Shown here: positions 10,288 through 20,150 of the stretch, in pieces
Position numbering within the stretch: the stretch's first letter is position 1
Layout of the letters: each line of letters begins with the position of its first letter
Assembly: GCA_037442105.1 (NCBI GenBank)
Contig: JBBIQV010000011.1
Coordinates: forward strand, 1-64,000
Origin: Nitrospiraceae bacterium
GTDB lineage: Bacteria; Nitrospirota; Nitrospiria; Nitrospirales; Nitrospiraceae
DNA length: 64,000 nucleotides
Reading direction: 5' to 3'
The notes under the pieces: generated by a model
What the model was told of the DNA's origin: nothing
Databases searched by the model: none
The model's input: the letters and a program-made list of their open reading frames with translations, nothing else
Program-made: the position numbers and the translations under genes

Positions 10288-10962
10288 ATGATTGCGATCC
10301 ACCACCTGACGATGCGCCTGGCTGGCGGCAGGCATCACATCACGATTCTCGACGACGTCACCATCGAGATTCCTGAAAAGCAACGCGTGGCCGTCGTCGG
10401 CCCGTCCGGCAGCGGCAAGTCCACCTTGCTCGGACTCATCGCGGGGCTGGATCAACCGACGTCGGGTTCGATCAAGCTGGACGGCGTAGAAATCACGACC
10501 ATGCCGGAAAGCGCCTTGGCGCGGTATCGGCGCGAGAAGATCGGCTACATCTTTCAATCCTTCCACCTCATCCCTACCCTGACGGCGCTGGAGAACGTAT
10601 CCGTTCCTCTCGAATTAGCCGGTGCCGCAAACGCCAGCGATCGGGCAACCGATTTGCTCAAGGCGGTGGGTCTCAACGATCGGCTTGATCATTACCCTGT
10701 GCAATTGTCCGGTGGCGAGCAGCAGCGAGTGGCAGTGGCTCGCGCGTTTGCCTGTCGGCCTCCGATCCTCTTGGCGGATGAGCCCACCGGCAATCTGGAT
10801 TCGGTCACAGGGCGACAGGTGATAGATCTTCTCTTGTCGCTGCACCGAGATCATGGAACAACGTTGGTCCTTGTCACGCATGATCAGGAGTTGGCGAGTC
10901 AAATGGAGCGAATCGTCAGTCTGCGGGATGGGCGAATTGAAGCGGATGAAAGAAGAGGGTAG
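10288..10962 (+). CDS. ABC transporter ATP-binding protein (YbbA-like)
   Basis: GPSGSGKST, LSGGEQQRV, ADEPTGNLD. Confidence 0.95.
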   Translation: MIAIHHLTMRLAGGRHHITILDDVTIEIPEKQRVAVVGPSGSGKSTLLGLIAGLDQPTSGSIKLDGVEITTMPESALARYRREKIGYIFQSFHLIPTLTALENVSVPLELAGAANASDRATDLLKAVGLNDRLDHYPVQLSGGEQQRVAVARAFACRPPILLADEPTGNLDSVTGRQVIDLLLSLHRDHGTTLVLVTHDQELASQMERIVSLRDGRIEADERRG

Positions 10963-10979
10963 GCTCCCAGGGTGAATGT

Positions 10980-13697
10980 GTGAAATCATTTCCATTGAAG
11001 ATGGCCTGGCGGGAGACACGGGCGGCCTGGCGGCACTTCATCTATTTTTTGACCTGCATCGCGCTGGGTGTCGGCGCGGTGGTCGGAATCGGCCTCTTTG
11101 CGGCCAACGTCGAACGGGCGGTCACACGGGAAGCTCGAGGCCTGCTCGGCGGAGATCTGGAGGTTCGCGTCTCACACCGATTGAGCGACAGCGGACAGGC
11201 AGTGCTGCAATCGCTGGCTGACCGCGGCATTGTCATCTCCCATGCGAGCGAACTCGTGGCCATGACTGCGGCCATCGACGATCGGCAGGCCGGCTCGAAC
11301 CGGGTCACGCAACTGGTGGAGCTGAAAGCCGTTGAGTCCAACTATCCGCTCTATGGGACGGTGCACGTCGAGCCCAGTCAGCCGTTAACCGATCTTCTCA
11401 TGCCCTCTACGAATCTGTGCCGGCTCCCCTCTAATTCCCACGCACTTCACCCTTCACCCATCACTCTTCACGCGCCTTGCTATGGCGCGGTGGTACAGAA
11501 GTCGCTGCTGATTCGGATGGGCCTGTCGGTGGGGAATCGACTGAAAATCGGACAGGCCACCTTCCTCATCACGGGGATCATCCGCAAAGAGCCGGATCGG
11601 ATGGCCAACATGTTCAGCCTCGGTCCACGGGTGTTGATCTCTCAACAAGGATTGACTGCCACCGGCTTGATCAAACCAGAGAGTCGCGTCCGCGAGCGGC
11701 ATTTGTTGAAAGTGCCATCCTCGGTCGAGTTGCAACCGCTGCTCTATGAGGTGCGCGGACGGCTGGCAGCAGAATCGGCGCGCGTGTCGTCTTACCGCGA
11801 GGCCCAGCCGCAGCTCAAACAGTTTCTCGACCAGCTTGCTCGCTACTTGGGCCTGATCGGGCTCACGGCGCTATTCGTCGGCGGGATCGGCGTCTCGATG
11901 TCGGTTCAGGCGTTCCTCCGCGAGAAGCTGTCAAGTATTGCCATCCTCAAGACGTTCGGGGCGGAATCGCATACGATTGTCTTCACCTATCTCGGACAGG
12001 GCATAGGACTCGGACTTATCGGCAGTCTCGCCGGCGTGGCAGTCGGAGTGGGACTGCAATGGGTGTTGCCCACGGCGCTCGCCGGGCTGTTGGATAGCAA
12101 TCTGTTGGAACAAGTCGAATTCTCCAGCTCCCTATCGCGTGCCTCCGTGCTGCCGATCCTGAAAGGAATTGGTGTGGGACTGTTCACCACGCTGCTCTTC
12201 ACTCTCTGGCCGCTTTTGAGCATCCGCCATGTGCGACCGGCGCAGATCTTTCGGCGAGACATTGCGACGGGCGGCGAGGATACCGTCGGGCCGCTGCGAG
12301 GCCGGTGGGGGACGCTGAGGCGATGGCGCTCGTTGGAGGATCGAACGAGACTGATGACCGCGACCGTGATCGCAACGGGGCTCGTGAGCCTTTCCATTTG
12401 GCAGGCCGGGTCCTGGCGAATCGGCTTGCTGTTCCTGGGAGCGCTCGCTGTGGCCGTGCTGCTGTTGTTGATCGTGGCGCATGCCCTCATCAAGGTGATC
12501 CGACTGGTATCGTTGCCGCGAGCCGTGAGTGTGCGACATGCCATCAGCAACCTACAACGGCCAGGCAGCCAGACCACCGGCGTGATCGTGGCCATCGGGA
12601 TCGGGGTGATGGTGATCGTAGCTGTGGGAGTGCTGGAACGATCCTTGATCCGCCAGATCGGTGAGAACCGGCCCACCGATGCGCCGACCTTTTTCTTCAT
12701 CGACATCCAGCCGGATCAGGCGAGCGGCTTTTCCCGGTTGATCCATCAACAGACCGGCGACCTCAGCCCAGAGCTCACGCCGCTCGTGCGGTCACGGCTG
12801 CACGCCATCAACGGGCAACCGGTGAAGGTTGAAGAAGACAGCGACAAGGACCACGAGAAGAAGGACGAAAAGCGCAAGACATGGTACTTCACGCGGGAAT
12901 ATGTGCTGACGTTCGGGAAGCAATTACCCCAGAACAACATCGTCACCAAAGGGGCGTGGTGGAAGCCTGGGCAGACGTTCAGCAAGCCCTTGGTGTCGGT
13001 CGAAGAAGAAGCGGCGAAGAATCTGGGATTGGACATTGGCTCAACGGTCGAACTCGAGATACAGGGTGCCACGGTAACCGCAGAGGTGAGCAGCATTCGC
13101 AAGGTGGACTGGGGAAACTTCTCGACGAACTTCTACATGATTCTGTCGCCTGGGTCGCTCGATGGCGCGCCGTTTACTTACGTGGCGACGGTGCGGGTGG
13201 CACCCGAACAAGAAGTCCCGCTTCAGCAAGTTGTGGTGGCCATGTTTCCCAACGTCACGGCGATCAACATCGGCGACGTGCTGGATAGCTTTGCCCGTAT
13301 TCTCGACCGGCTCTCGCTCGCAATCCGCGCCGTGGCCCTCTTCTGTGTGCTGGCCGGCGGACTCGTGATGGCGGCGGCACTGGCCGCCACGCGCTACCGG
13401 CGACTCTATGAATCCGTCATCCTCAAAGCGCTCGGCGCCACGCGCGGGCTTATTGCGCGATCCTTTGCGGCCGAGTTTGCATTAATGGGGGCGGTGGCGG
13501 GCCTGATCGGAATCGTGTTGGCCAGCACGCTCTCCTGGGCTGTACTGCACTATATCTTCGACCTGCCCTGGAGCTTGCAACCAAAAGTTTTGGCGACCGG
13601 CCTTGCCCTCACCATCATCCTCACGCTTATCGTCGGCTTCCTCAGCACCTTCCGCATCCTCGGCCAACGGCCGTTGGCGGTGCTTCGTCACGAATAG
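10980..13697 (+). CDS. ABC transporter permease (YbbP-like, duplicated FtsX/MacB architecture)
   Basis: 905 aa with two TM blocks; LLGGDL, ELKAVESNYPLYG and PTFFFIDIQ motifs. Confidence 0.92.
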   Translation: MKSFPLKMAWRETRAAWRHFIYFLTCIALGVGAVVGIGLFAANVERAVTREARGLLGGDLEVRVSHRLSDSGQAVLQSLADRGIVISHASELVAMTAAIDDRQAGSNRVTQLVELKAVESNYPLYGTVHVEPSQPLTDLLMPSTNLCRLPSNSHALHPSPITLHAPCYGAVVQKSLLIRMGLSVGNRLKIGQATFLITGIIRKEPDRMANMFSLGPRVLISQQGLTATGLIKPESRVRERHLLKVPSSVELQPLLYEVRGRLAAESARVSSYREAQPQLKQFLDQLARYLGLIGLTALFVGGIGVSMSVQAFLREKLSSIAILKTFGAESHTIVFTYLGQGIGLGLIGSLAGVAVGVGLQWVLPTALAGLLDSNLLEQVEFSSSLSRASVLPILKGIGVGLFTTLLFTLWPLLSIRHVRPAQIFRRDIATGGEDTVGPLRGRWGTLRRWRSLEDRTRLMTATVIATGLVSLSIWQAGSWRIGLLFLGALAVAVLLLLIVAHALIKVIRLVSLPRAVSVRHAISNLQRPGSQTTGVIVAIGIGVMVIVAVGVLERSLIRQIGENRPTDAPTFFFIDIQPDQASGFSRLIHQQTGDLSPELTPLVRSRLHAINGQPVKVEEDSDKDHEKKDEKRKTWYFTREYVLTFGKQLPQNNIVTKGAWWKPGQTFSKPLVSVEEEAAKNLGLDIGSTVELEIQGATVTAEVSSIRKVDWGNFSTNFYMILSPGSLDGAPFTYVATVRVAPEQEVPLQQVVVAMFPNVTAINIGDVLDSFARILDRLSLAIRAVALFCVLAGGLVMAAALAATRYRRLYESVILKALGATRGLIARSFAAEFALMGAVAGLIGIVLASTLSWAVLHYIFDLPWSLQPKVLATGLALTIILTLIVGFLSTFRILGQRPLAVLRHE
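11445..11472 (+). repeat. In-frame heptamer tandem repeat (CTTCACC-like x4)
   Basis: CTTCACC CTTCACC CATCACT CTTCACG inside the permease CDS. Confidence 0.75.
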
Positions 13698-13734
13698 GCT
13701 GGGTCGCGAGAGGAAAACGAGCCCCGGTCGAAAA

Positions 13735-14259
13735 CTACAGGCGGGAGTTCTCCGGAAGCCACAGGTCGATAATCTGCCGGATCCGCAGTTCATCTTCTCG
13801 TAGTAACCGCACGAAGCGGACTCCGATGGCATCCTTCGATGAGGAGCGCACGACCGCGCCGTCTATGGTGATGGGGAACGTGAAGCTGGATGGTTGGAAT
13901 TCCAATTTGAGGCGGGCACCGGTCGGGGCCGGAGCCTCGCTGCGGATACGGCAGCCGCGAATCGAAAGATTCTCGATGACTCCTTGCTGCCCGAGCTCTT
14001 GCGTGGCGGAGACCGTCGGCTTGAACCACACCGGAAACTCCACCAGAACCCGCTCAAAGCTGCGGCGTTGGTTGGAGGTTGGCCGACCAGAGAATGTCCG
14101 AAAGCGCGTGGCGCAAAGCTGACATCGCCAAGGGTAGATGGTAAGCACGCTCAACAGATGATCAGAAACGGTTTTGCGTGGAACCAGGCGGGTTTTTACG
14201 GTGCCGCACTTCGGACAGTTCATGACCTGCATCGGAGACGCCTTGCTATGCATAAGCAA
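13735..14259 (-). CDS. PilZ-domain protein with N-terminal zinc ribbon
   Basis: CPKC...CQLC; PilZ motifs RRSFER and ENLSIRGC; the start may be a later ATG. Confidence 0.85.
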   Translation of the reverse strand: MLMHSKASPMQVMNCPKCGTVKTRLVPRKTVSDHLLSVLTIYPWRCQLCATRFRTFSGRPTSNQRRSFERVLVEFPVWFKPTVSATQELGQQGVIENLSIRGCRIRSEAPAPTGARLKLEFQPSSFTFPITIDGAVVRSSSKDAIGVRFVRLLREDELRIRQIIDLWLPENSRL

Positions 14260-14356
14260 TGTGGGTAAGGGTAATAGAATGGAGGATCAAAAGGCAATAC
14301 CCCCAAATAGGTGGGGCAAAGACTGGCTGGATCGAACGGAGGACAGAGTTTGAGGT

Positions 14357-15562
14357 TCAGTTCTGCACAATGCGCCAGAGACCTCCGCCGGAGGTCATGA
14401 TATACAGCTCACCTTGGGCGTCTTCCCCGAAGCTGGTGATGAATTTCCCCGGCGGGTTGAGGAGCGGCCACTCGGTTTGCTCAGTCGCTTGCCCATTCTG
14501 GAACCGGAAGCTCCTGACGAATCCTGCACAGAAATCGGCGTAAAAGTAAGTCCCCCGCAGGGAGGGAATTGCGGCCCCTCTGTACACATAGCCTCCCGTG
14601 ACCGAACAGGCTCCGCTTGCGTGGGGATAGTCGAGGATCGGTGGAGTGAGCCCTCCGGGGTCGCAATTACTGGAGGGATTGAAACAGGCGAACCCTTCCG
14701 TCAGTCGCCAGCCGTAGTTGAGCCCCCGTCCCGCATTGGGCGCCGGCGACACGTTGACCTCTTCTCGCGCATTTTGGCCGACATCAGCAATATAGAGATC
14801 GCCGGTCTGCCGATCGAACGAAAATCGCCAAGGATTGCGAAGCCCCAGGCTCCAGACGAGTAAGTCCCCTCCGCCTCCGGCAAACGGGTTCGCGATCACA
14901 TTGGCACAGGGTCCGCCGGTGGTTGGGTCGAGACGCAAGATCTTGCCGAGCCGCTGGTTGAGATTCTGCGCGTTGTTATTCGGGTCACCACCACTCCCTC
15001 CGTCGCCGGGCCCAGCATACAAACAGTTGTCGGGACCGAAGGCGAGCATGCCGCCGTTATGGTTCGAGAAGTTCGGGTGCGAGATTTTAAGCAGCACTGT
15101 TGCGGAAGAGGGATCAGCGAGGTCCGGATTCGCTGCGTCTCTCAGATACCGAGCGATGACGAGATCACCGTTGGCGTCTGTGTAATAAACATAGAACCGC
15201 CGGTTCGTGGCGTAGTCGGGGTCAAAGGCCATGCCGAGAAGGCCGCGTTCACCACCTGACAAGACAAGTCCGCTGAGATCGAGGAATGAAGTGGCTCGTT
15301 GTGTTCCGCCAGGCACATCGAAAATCCTGACTCGCCCTCCTTGTTCGACGATGAAGAGTCGCGCGGTGTCGCCGGGGGCGGCGGTCAAGAACACGGGGGA
15401 AGAGAGGCTCATCGTGATCTGTTGGAGCGTGAGGCTAATGGATGGGGGAAGAGGTTGTAGCGATTCCTGGGGAGCATCGTCTCCGGGACAGCCGGTGAGG
15501 AACGCCGGCCCAGAGAGAAGCAAGCCCAGGATTGCAATTTGCCGAGCCCGAACCATGGACAA
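14357..15562 (-). CDS. PQQ-dependent glucose/sorbosone dehydrogenase family lipoprotein
   Basis: Lipobox LTGC; GERGLLGMAFDP, NHNGGMLAFGPD, GLRNPWRFSFD, SFGEDAQGELY. Confidence 0.9.
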   Translation of the reverse strand: MSMVRARQIAILGLLLSGPAFLTGCPGDDAPQESLQPLPPSISLTLQQITMSLSSPVFLTAAPGDTARLFIVEQGGRVRIFDVPGGTQRATSFLDLSGLVLSGGERGLLGMAFDPDYATNRRFYVYYTDANGDLVIARYLRDAANPDLADPSSATVLLKISHPNFSNHNGGMLAFGPDNCLYAGPGDGGSGGDPNNNAQNLNQRLGKILRLDPTTGGPCANVIANPFAGGGGDLLVWSLGLRNPWRFSFDRQTGDLYIADVGQNAREEVNVSPAPNAGRGLNYGWRLTEGFACFNPSSNCDPGGLTPPILDYPHASGACSVTGGYVYRGAAIPSLRGTYFYADFCAGFVRSFRFQNGQATEQTEWPLLNPPGKFITSFGEDAQGELYIMTSGGGLWRIVQN

Positions 15563-15604
15563 CCGTCATGTTTGGAGGCCAAGGTCTTGCAGCGACCTGA
15601 GCAA

Positions 15605-18199
15605 CTAGCTTGGTGTATATCGTGCCAGAAACCCGCTTAGCACCTTCCCGTCCCGCTCACGGAAGCTCACTGCGACCCGCAGTTGCTCCAAATACTGCTC
15701 CAACGTTTTTCCGCCAAGATCGATCTTGCGGGTGATGAAAAAGTCGCGGACGTCGCGTTCGAGTTCAGGCGTGGCCAGGCCGACAATCCCCCCGCACATG
15801 CGGCGAAGCCCTTGCTTGGGGAAGAGCCGGTCCATGGTGTCCCAGTTGGCTTTCACGAAGTTCCAAGCCAACTCTCTGCCGTACACGCTGCCCATGATGA
15901 CACTGACGAGAAACGGCGCGTCCTGTGCGCGAACTTCGCCGTTGAGGGTACGGGCCAGCGTGTGTTCGAGCAACGCCCTCGGTTGGAACGCGGCGAGCGA
16001 GAACAGATACCGGCGCTCTTCTTGAGGCGTCGCGGCAGTGCGGAAGCGTTCGGAGAATTCATCGTACCGGGCGGCATCACCGGTATGTGCAAGGATGGCT
16101 ACGAGTGCCGGCAAAACATTGGGGTCCACCGCGGCGGCGTCTTTCCGATAAGCCCGGTACAGCTCGGCCGCCTTCCTCTGGGTCGCTTGGTCATTGCCCA
16201 GCTTCCCAAACGCACTGATCATCTCCCCACGCAGTTGCTTGGTCAGTTCACTCTCGCCGTTGCGCGGTGTCCAACCCAACTCAGCTACAGTCGGACCGAT
16301 GCGATCGCGAACGAAGGCTTCCAATGCAGGCCGGTCGGCTGGGGTGATGATGCGATTCAGCAGAGAGAACGAATCCAGCAGGACGGCCCAGACGTTCTTG
16401 TCGCGCTCCTGCTTGAAACGCGTGGTGAGGTCGAGATAGTCCGCAAGCGGCACGAGGCCGGCGATCGTCGTCGCCCAGGCGTCGCTGACAAGGTTGAACC
16501 GCTCGATTGCCGCGAGCCGATCAAGCCCTGCGCTCAAGAGCCGGTCAAGGAGTTCCGGCGCATAGCGCACCCGGTAGAAACCATGCCCGCCGTCGTTGAG
16601 GAAGACCGACTCGCAATCTTTCGGAACGGCAAACCTCATTTCAGCTTCCGTGAGGAGTACCTTTTTGGTTTCAGCCTTACCGCCGATCGTGGTCCTCAAC
16701 TGAATCGGCACGTGCCAAGTGGTCGGTGAGGGGCGGGGGGTAAGGGGTGAGGCGATGTATGTGAATCGTTGTTGAGTCAGCGCCAGTTCGGAATCGCCCT
16801 TGAGCTCGGCGGTGATCAGTGGGTAGCCAGGCTGAAAGATCCAACTATCCATCAGTTCGGGGATCGGCTGCTTGGCGACTTTCCCGAGTGAGACCCAGAG
16901 GTCCTTCGTATCGGCGTTGCCGTATGCATGAGCATGGAGATAGTCGCGCACCCCTTCGCGGAACACCGTCGGCCCAATGTGCTGCTCCAGCATCCGGAGC
17001 ACCGAGGCGCCTTTCTCATACGTCAGCACATCGAACATGGCGTCAGCATCCTTGGGGGCGCGCACGGGGTACTCGATCGGCCTCGTGCTCTGCAGCCCAT
17101 CTACCGAGAAGGCTGCAGCGCGGGAGACGCCGAAGCTCGTCCACCGTTGCCATTCCGGTTTCCAGGCGTCCACGGCCAGCATCTCCATGAACGTGGCGAA
17201 GGCTTCATTCAGCCACAGACCGTTCCACCAGGACATCGTCACCAAGTCGCCGAACCACATGTGCGCGTTCTCATGAGCAACCACGTCCGCCACGCGCTCC
17301 AACTCGGCATGGGTAGCGGTAAGCTGATCCACCAGCAACGCGGTCTCGCGGAACGTGATGGCGCCAAGGTTCTCCATCGCGCCTGAAGCAAAGTCCGGGA
17401 TAGCGATCAGGTCCAGCTTGTCGCCAGGATAAGGAATCCCATAGTAATCCTCGAAGAACTTGAGCGAGGCCGAGGCGATCTCTTGTCCGAATCTTGCGAG
17501 ATGGCGTTTGCCGGGAACCGCCCAGAGGCGAAGCGACGTCCGGCCGGCCATCACCGGTTCCGTGGCTTCGAGCTGTCCCACGATGAAGGCGACGAGGTAC
17601 GTGGACATGTGGATCGTATCCGCGAACTGCAGGATTTTCTTTCCGCCGTCGAACGATTCGGATGCGATCTTGGTGTTGGACACGGCCGTGAGTGCGGGAT
17701 CAATGACCAACGTCGTCGCGAAGATAGCCTTGAAGTCCGGCTCGTCCCAACAGGGAAAAGCCCGTCGCGCATCGGTTGCTTCGAACTGCGTGGCTGCCAT
17801 CGTGTGGGTCGTGCCGCGTTCATCTTTGTAGGTGCTTCGGTAGAATCCACGGAGCTTGTCGTTGAGCTTGCCTCGGAACGTGAGGTTGACCCGCCATGAT
17901 CCTGGTGTGATGGACGTAGGGAAGCGGAGGTGACAGCGTTCGACCGATTCCTCCAACTCGACCCACGCTTGCTGGCTGGCGTCCGATCCTCCTTCGATGC
18001 GGGCGGAGGTCACCTCCAGCTCGACAGCGTTGAGGACGATCTCGGAGGTGGGCTGATGAACTGTGACGGTGATCGTTTCCTGTCCGGCGAAGGTCGCGGC
18101 AGTCAGGTCCGGTGCAAGCCGTAGCTCGTACCGAACCGGCACGACGTGCCGCGGCAACCGATAGGGACTGAGCGCCCGTAGAGAAGGAGTCTGGTCCAT
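15605..18199 (-). CDS. M1 family (puromycin-sensitive/PepN-like) aminopeptidase
   Basis: GAMEN, HENAH-x18-E zinc motif, YEKG, ERAP1-like C-terminus; alternative start at 18373. Confidence 0.95.
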   Translation of the reverse strand: MDQTPSLRALSPYRLPRHVVPVRYELRLAPDLTAATFAGQETITVTVHQPTSEIVLNAVELEVTSARIEGGSDASQQAWVELEESVERCHLRFPTSITPGSWRVNLTFRGKLNDKLRGFYRSTYKDERGTTHTMAATQFEATDARRAFPCWDEPDFKAIFATTLVIDPALTAVSNTKIASESFDGGKKILQFADTIHMSTYLVAFIVGQLEATEPVMAGRTSLRLWAVPGKRHLARFGQEIASASLKFFEDYYGIPYPGDKLDLIAIPDFASGAMENLGAITFRETALLVDQLTATHAELERVADVVAHENAHMWFGDLVTMSWWNGLWLNEAFATFMEMLAVDAWKPEWQRWTSFGVSRAAAFSVDGLQSTRPIEYPVRAPKDADAMFDVLTYEKGASVLRMLEQHIGPTVFREGVRDYLHAHAYGNADTKDLWVSLGKVAKQPIPELMDSWIFQPGYPLITAELKGDSELALTQQRFTYIASPLTPRPSPTTWHVPIQLRTTIGGKAETKKVLLTEAEMRFAVPKDCESVFLNDGGHGFYRVRYAPELLDRLLSAGLDRLAAIERFNLVSDAWATTIAGLVPLADYLDLTTRFKQERDKNVWAVLLDSFSLLNRIITPADRPALEAFVRDRIGPTVAELGWTPRNGESELTKQLRGEMISAFGKLGNDQATQRKAAELYRAYRKDAAAVDPNVLPALVAILAHTGDAARYDEFSERFRTAATPQEERRYLFSLAAFQPRALLEHTLARTLNGEVRAQDAPFLVSVIMGSVYGRELAWNFVKANWDTMDRLFPKQGLRRMCGGIVGLATPELERDVRDFFITRKIDLGGKTLEQYLEQLRVAVSFRERDGKVLSGFLARYTPS
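16725..16752 (-). repeat. In-frame heptamer tandem repeat (CCTCACC-like x4)
   Basis: Minus strand reads CCTCACC CCTTACC CCCCGCC CCTCACC, encoding SPLTPRPSP. Confidence 0.7.
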
Positions 18200-18369
18200 G
18201 TCATCGCCTTTCGGTCGACCAATCAGGAGCGGTTTGAGGCCAGGGATCAGTACAGGATCGAGCAGACTCAAGAGAGGAACGGCAAGAAATCCCTTCGCGC
18301 TTTGAAGGATCGACCAAAGCGTCTGTCGCCGGTTAACCAGGCGCCCATCCTCACATTCGTCCCGCTCAC

Positions 18370-19071
18370 TCATACCCTCGCGGCAGGCCTGGTCTCGACG
18401 CCGGTCGGAGTTCCCACAATCAAGAGATGGGCACGCCCCACAAACAGGCCGGTCTCGACGATGCCGGGAACTTGATTGAGCTGAGTTTCCAGCCGGGCCG
18501 GGTTGTCGATCCGCGCGATGTGCAGGTCCAGAATGAAGTGCCCCGCTTCGGTTCTGAACGTCTGGCCGTTGCGCTCCCGCAGCGCGGCCTTCCCGCCGGC
18601 CACTTCCTCGATCTGGCGCGCTGTGCTGCCCCAACCGAACGGGATAACTTCAATGGGCAGAGGAAAGGAATTTCCCAGGGCCGGCACGAGTTTGGTGTGG
18701 TCCACGACAACGATGAATTGCTTTGCCGACGCGGCCACGATTTTTTCTTTGAGGAGTGCTCCCCCCCCGCCTTTAATCAAATTGAATTGAGGGTCAACTT
18801 GATCCGCGCCGTCGATGGCGACATCGATAACCCAGGCGTCATCCGTTTCAATCAGCGGGATGCCGTGCATCTGAGCGAGCTTGGCGGTCTCGTGGGAAGT
18901 CGAGATGCCGCGAATCCTCATGCCGGCCCGGACTTTTTCCCCAAGGGCAATGACCATATGTTTGGCAGTCGAACCGGTACCAAGCCCCACGACCATCCCG
19001 TCACGGACGTATTCCGCTGCTTTCAGAGCTGCGGATCGCTTGAGACTGTCAAGGTCTTGAGTCACCGTCAT
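18370..19071 (-). CDS. rpiA: Ribose-5-phosphate isomerase A
   Basis: VGLGTGST, IDGADQVD, IKGGGGALLKEK. Confidence 0.97.
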   Translation of the reverse strand: MTVTQDLDSLKRSAALKAAEYVRDGMVVGLGTGSTAKHMVIALGEKVRAGMRIRGISTSHETAKLAQMHGIPLIETDDAWVIDVAIDGADQVDPQFNLIKGGGGALLKEKIVAASAKQFIVVVDHTKLVPALGNSFPLPIEVIPFGWGSTARQIEEVAGGKAALRERNGQTFRTEAGHFILDLHIARIDNPARLETQLNQVPGIVETGLFVGRAHLLIVGTPTGVETRPAARV

Positions 19072-20150
19072 GATGACACCGCATGAGCTAGCTGCGCAGC
19101 GACCGATGCCGCTCCGAGCAGGGCGGTCTTGTCGTTCATCACCACCTTGACCGGGATCGTGCTCATCATGCGTTTGTATCGGCCTTTATTGGTGAAGGCC
19201 TTCATGAACGTCCCGTCCTTCAGCTTGGCGAGCAATTTCGGCGCGATGCCGCCGCCGATAAAGACACCGTCCAGCGCCATGGCTTTGAGCGCCAGGTTGC
19301 CAGCCTCCGCTCCATAAATTGAGGAAAAGAGTTCCAGCGCTTGTTTGGCGATCTCCGCTTGGCCCTTCAAGCCCGCCTCCGAGATGGTCGCCGCGGGATC
19401 TTCGATCTTGATTTTCTCAGCCAGCCATGTCGGCTCGTTTTTCTTGGTATCGCGCAGATAGTCGTAGATGGCGTGAAGGCCGGGCCCCGAGAGCACTCGT
19501 TCATAACTGACGTGCAGATAGCTGCTTCGCAAATGGCGCAAGAGCTCGATCTCGCTATCGCTGTTGGGGGCGAAGTCCGCATGGCCACCTTCCGAGGGCA
19601 TCGGTTTGTACCGTTCCCCATCCCAGAAGAGAATGGACTCGCCCAGGCCGGTGCCGGCTGCGATGAGGGCCAGCGCTTGTTTTTTTTTGGGAGGGGTTCC
19701 GGCGTTCAGCACTTCCACTTCTTCCGGCCTAAGAAGCAGGATGCCATAGGCGGTGGCCTCGAGATCGTTGAGCAATTGGACCTTGGGGATAGAGAACTGT
19801 TTGGCAATTGCCAGGCCATCGACCACCCAGGGAAGGTTGGTGGTGTGGCAACGGTTGTCGATGACTGGGCCGGCCACACCGAAGCAGGCGGCATCGATCT
19901 TAATCGGCTCCGTCAGAGCGGCAGCCTTCGGCCGCTCCCTTTCCGAGGGAGGTGATTCCTCTACACTCTCCTCTTCCTCGATGGGTTGCGGTGAAGCGGG
20001 CGGAGTCAGAAATTCCTCGACGATCTCCTCCAGTGATTTGTAGTCCGCACTGTGAAAACTCTGCGCCCGCGCCGGGTCTACCCTCACGCTCGTCCAGTCG
20101 AACAGAGCGAGGTTCGTTTTCGTACCCCCAATGTCTCCAGCGAGAATCAT
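19068..20150 (-). CDS. glk: Glucokinase
   Basis: LAGDIGGTK, LNDLEA, GTGLG, SEGGH, GGGI. Confidence 0.95.
   Translation of the reverse strand: MILAGDIGGTKTNLALFDWTSVRVDPARAQSFHSADYKSLEEIVEEFLTPPASPQPIEEEESVEESPPSERERPKAAALTEPIKIDAACFGVAGPVIDNRCHTTNLPWVVDGLAIAKQFSIPKVQLLNDLEATAYGILLLRPEEVEVLNAGTPPKKKQALALIAAGTGLGESILFWDGERYKPMPSEGGHADFAPNSDSEIELLRHLRSSYLHVSYERVLSGPGLHAIYDYLRDTKKNEPTWLAEKIKIEDPAATISEAGLKGQAEIAKQALELFSSIYGAEAGNLALKAMALDGVFIGGGIAPKLLAKLKDGTFMKAFTNKGRYKRMMSTIPVKVVMNDKTALLGAASVAAQLAHAVSS

Noticed and set aside
15683..16729. Long antisense ORFs (also 38944-39972, 50023-51033, 59579-60673)
   Set aside because: Shadow frames of well-supported high-GC genes, with no recognisable motifs.
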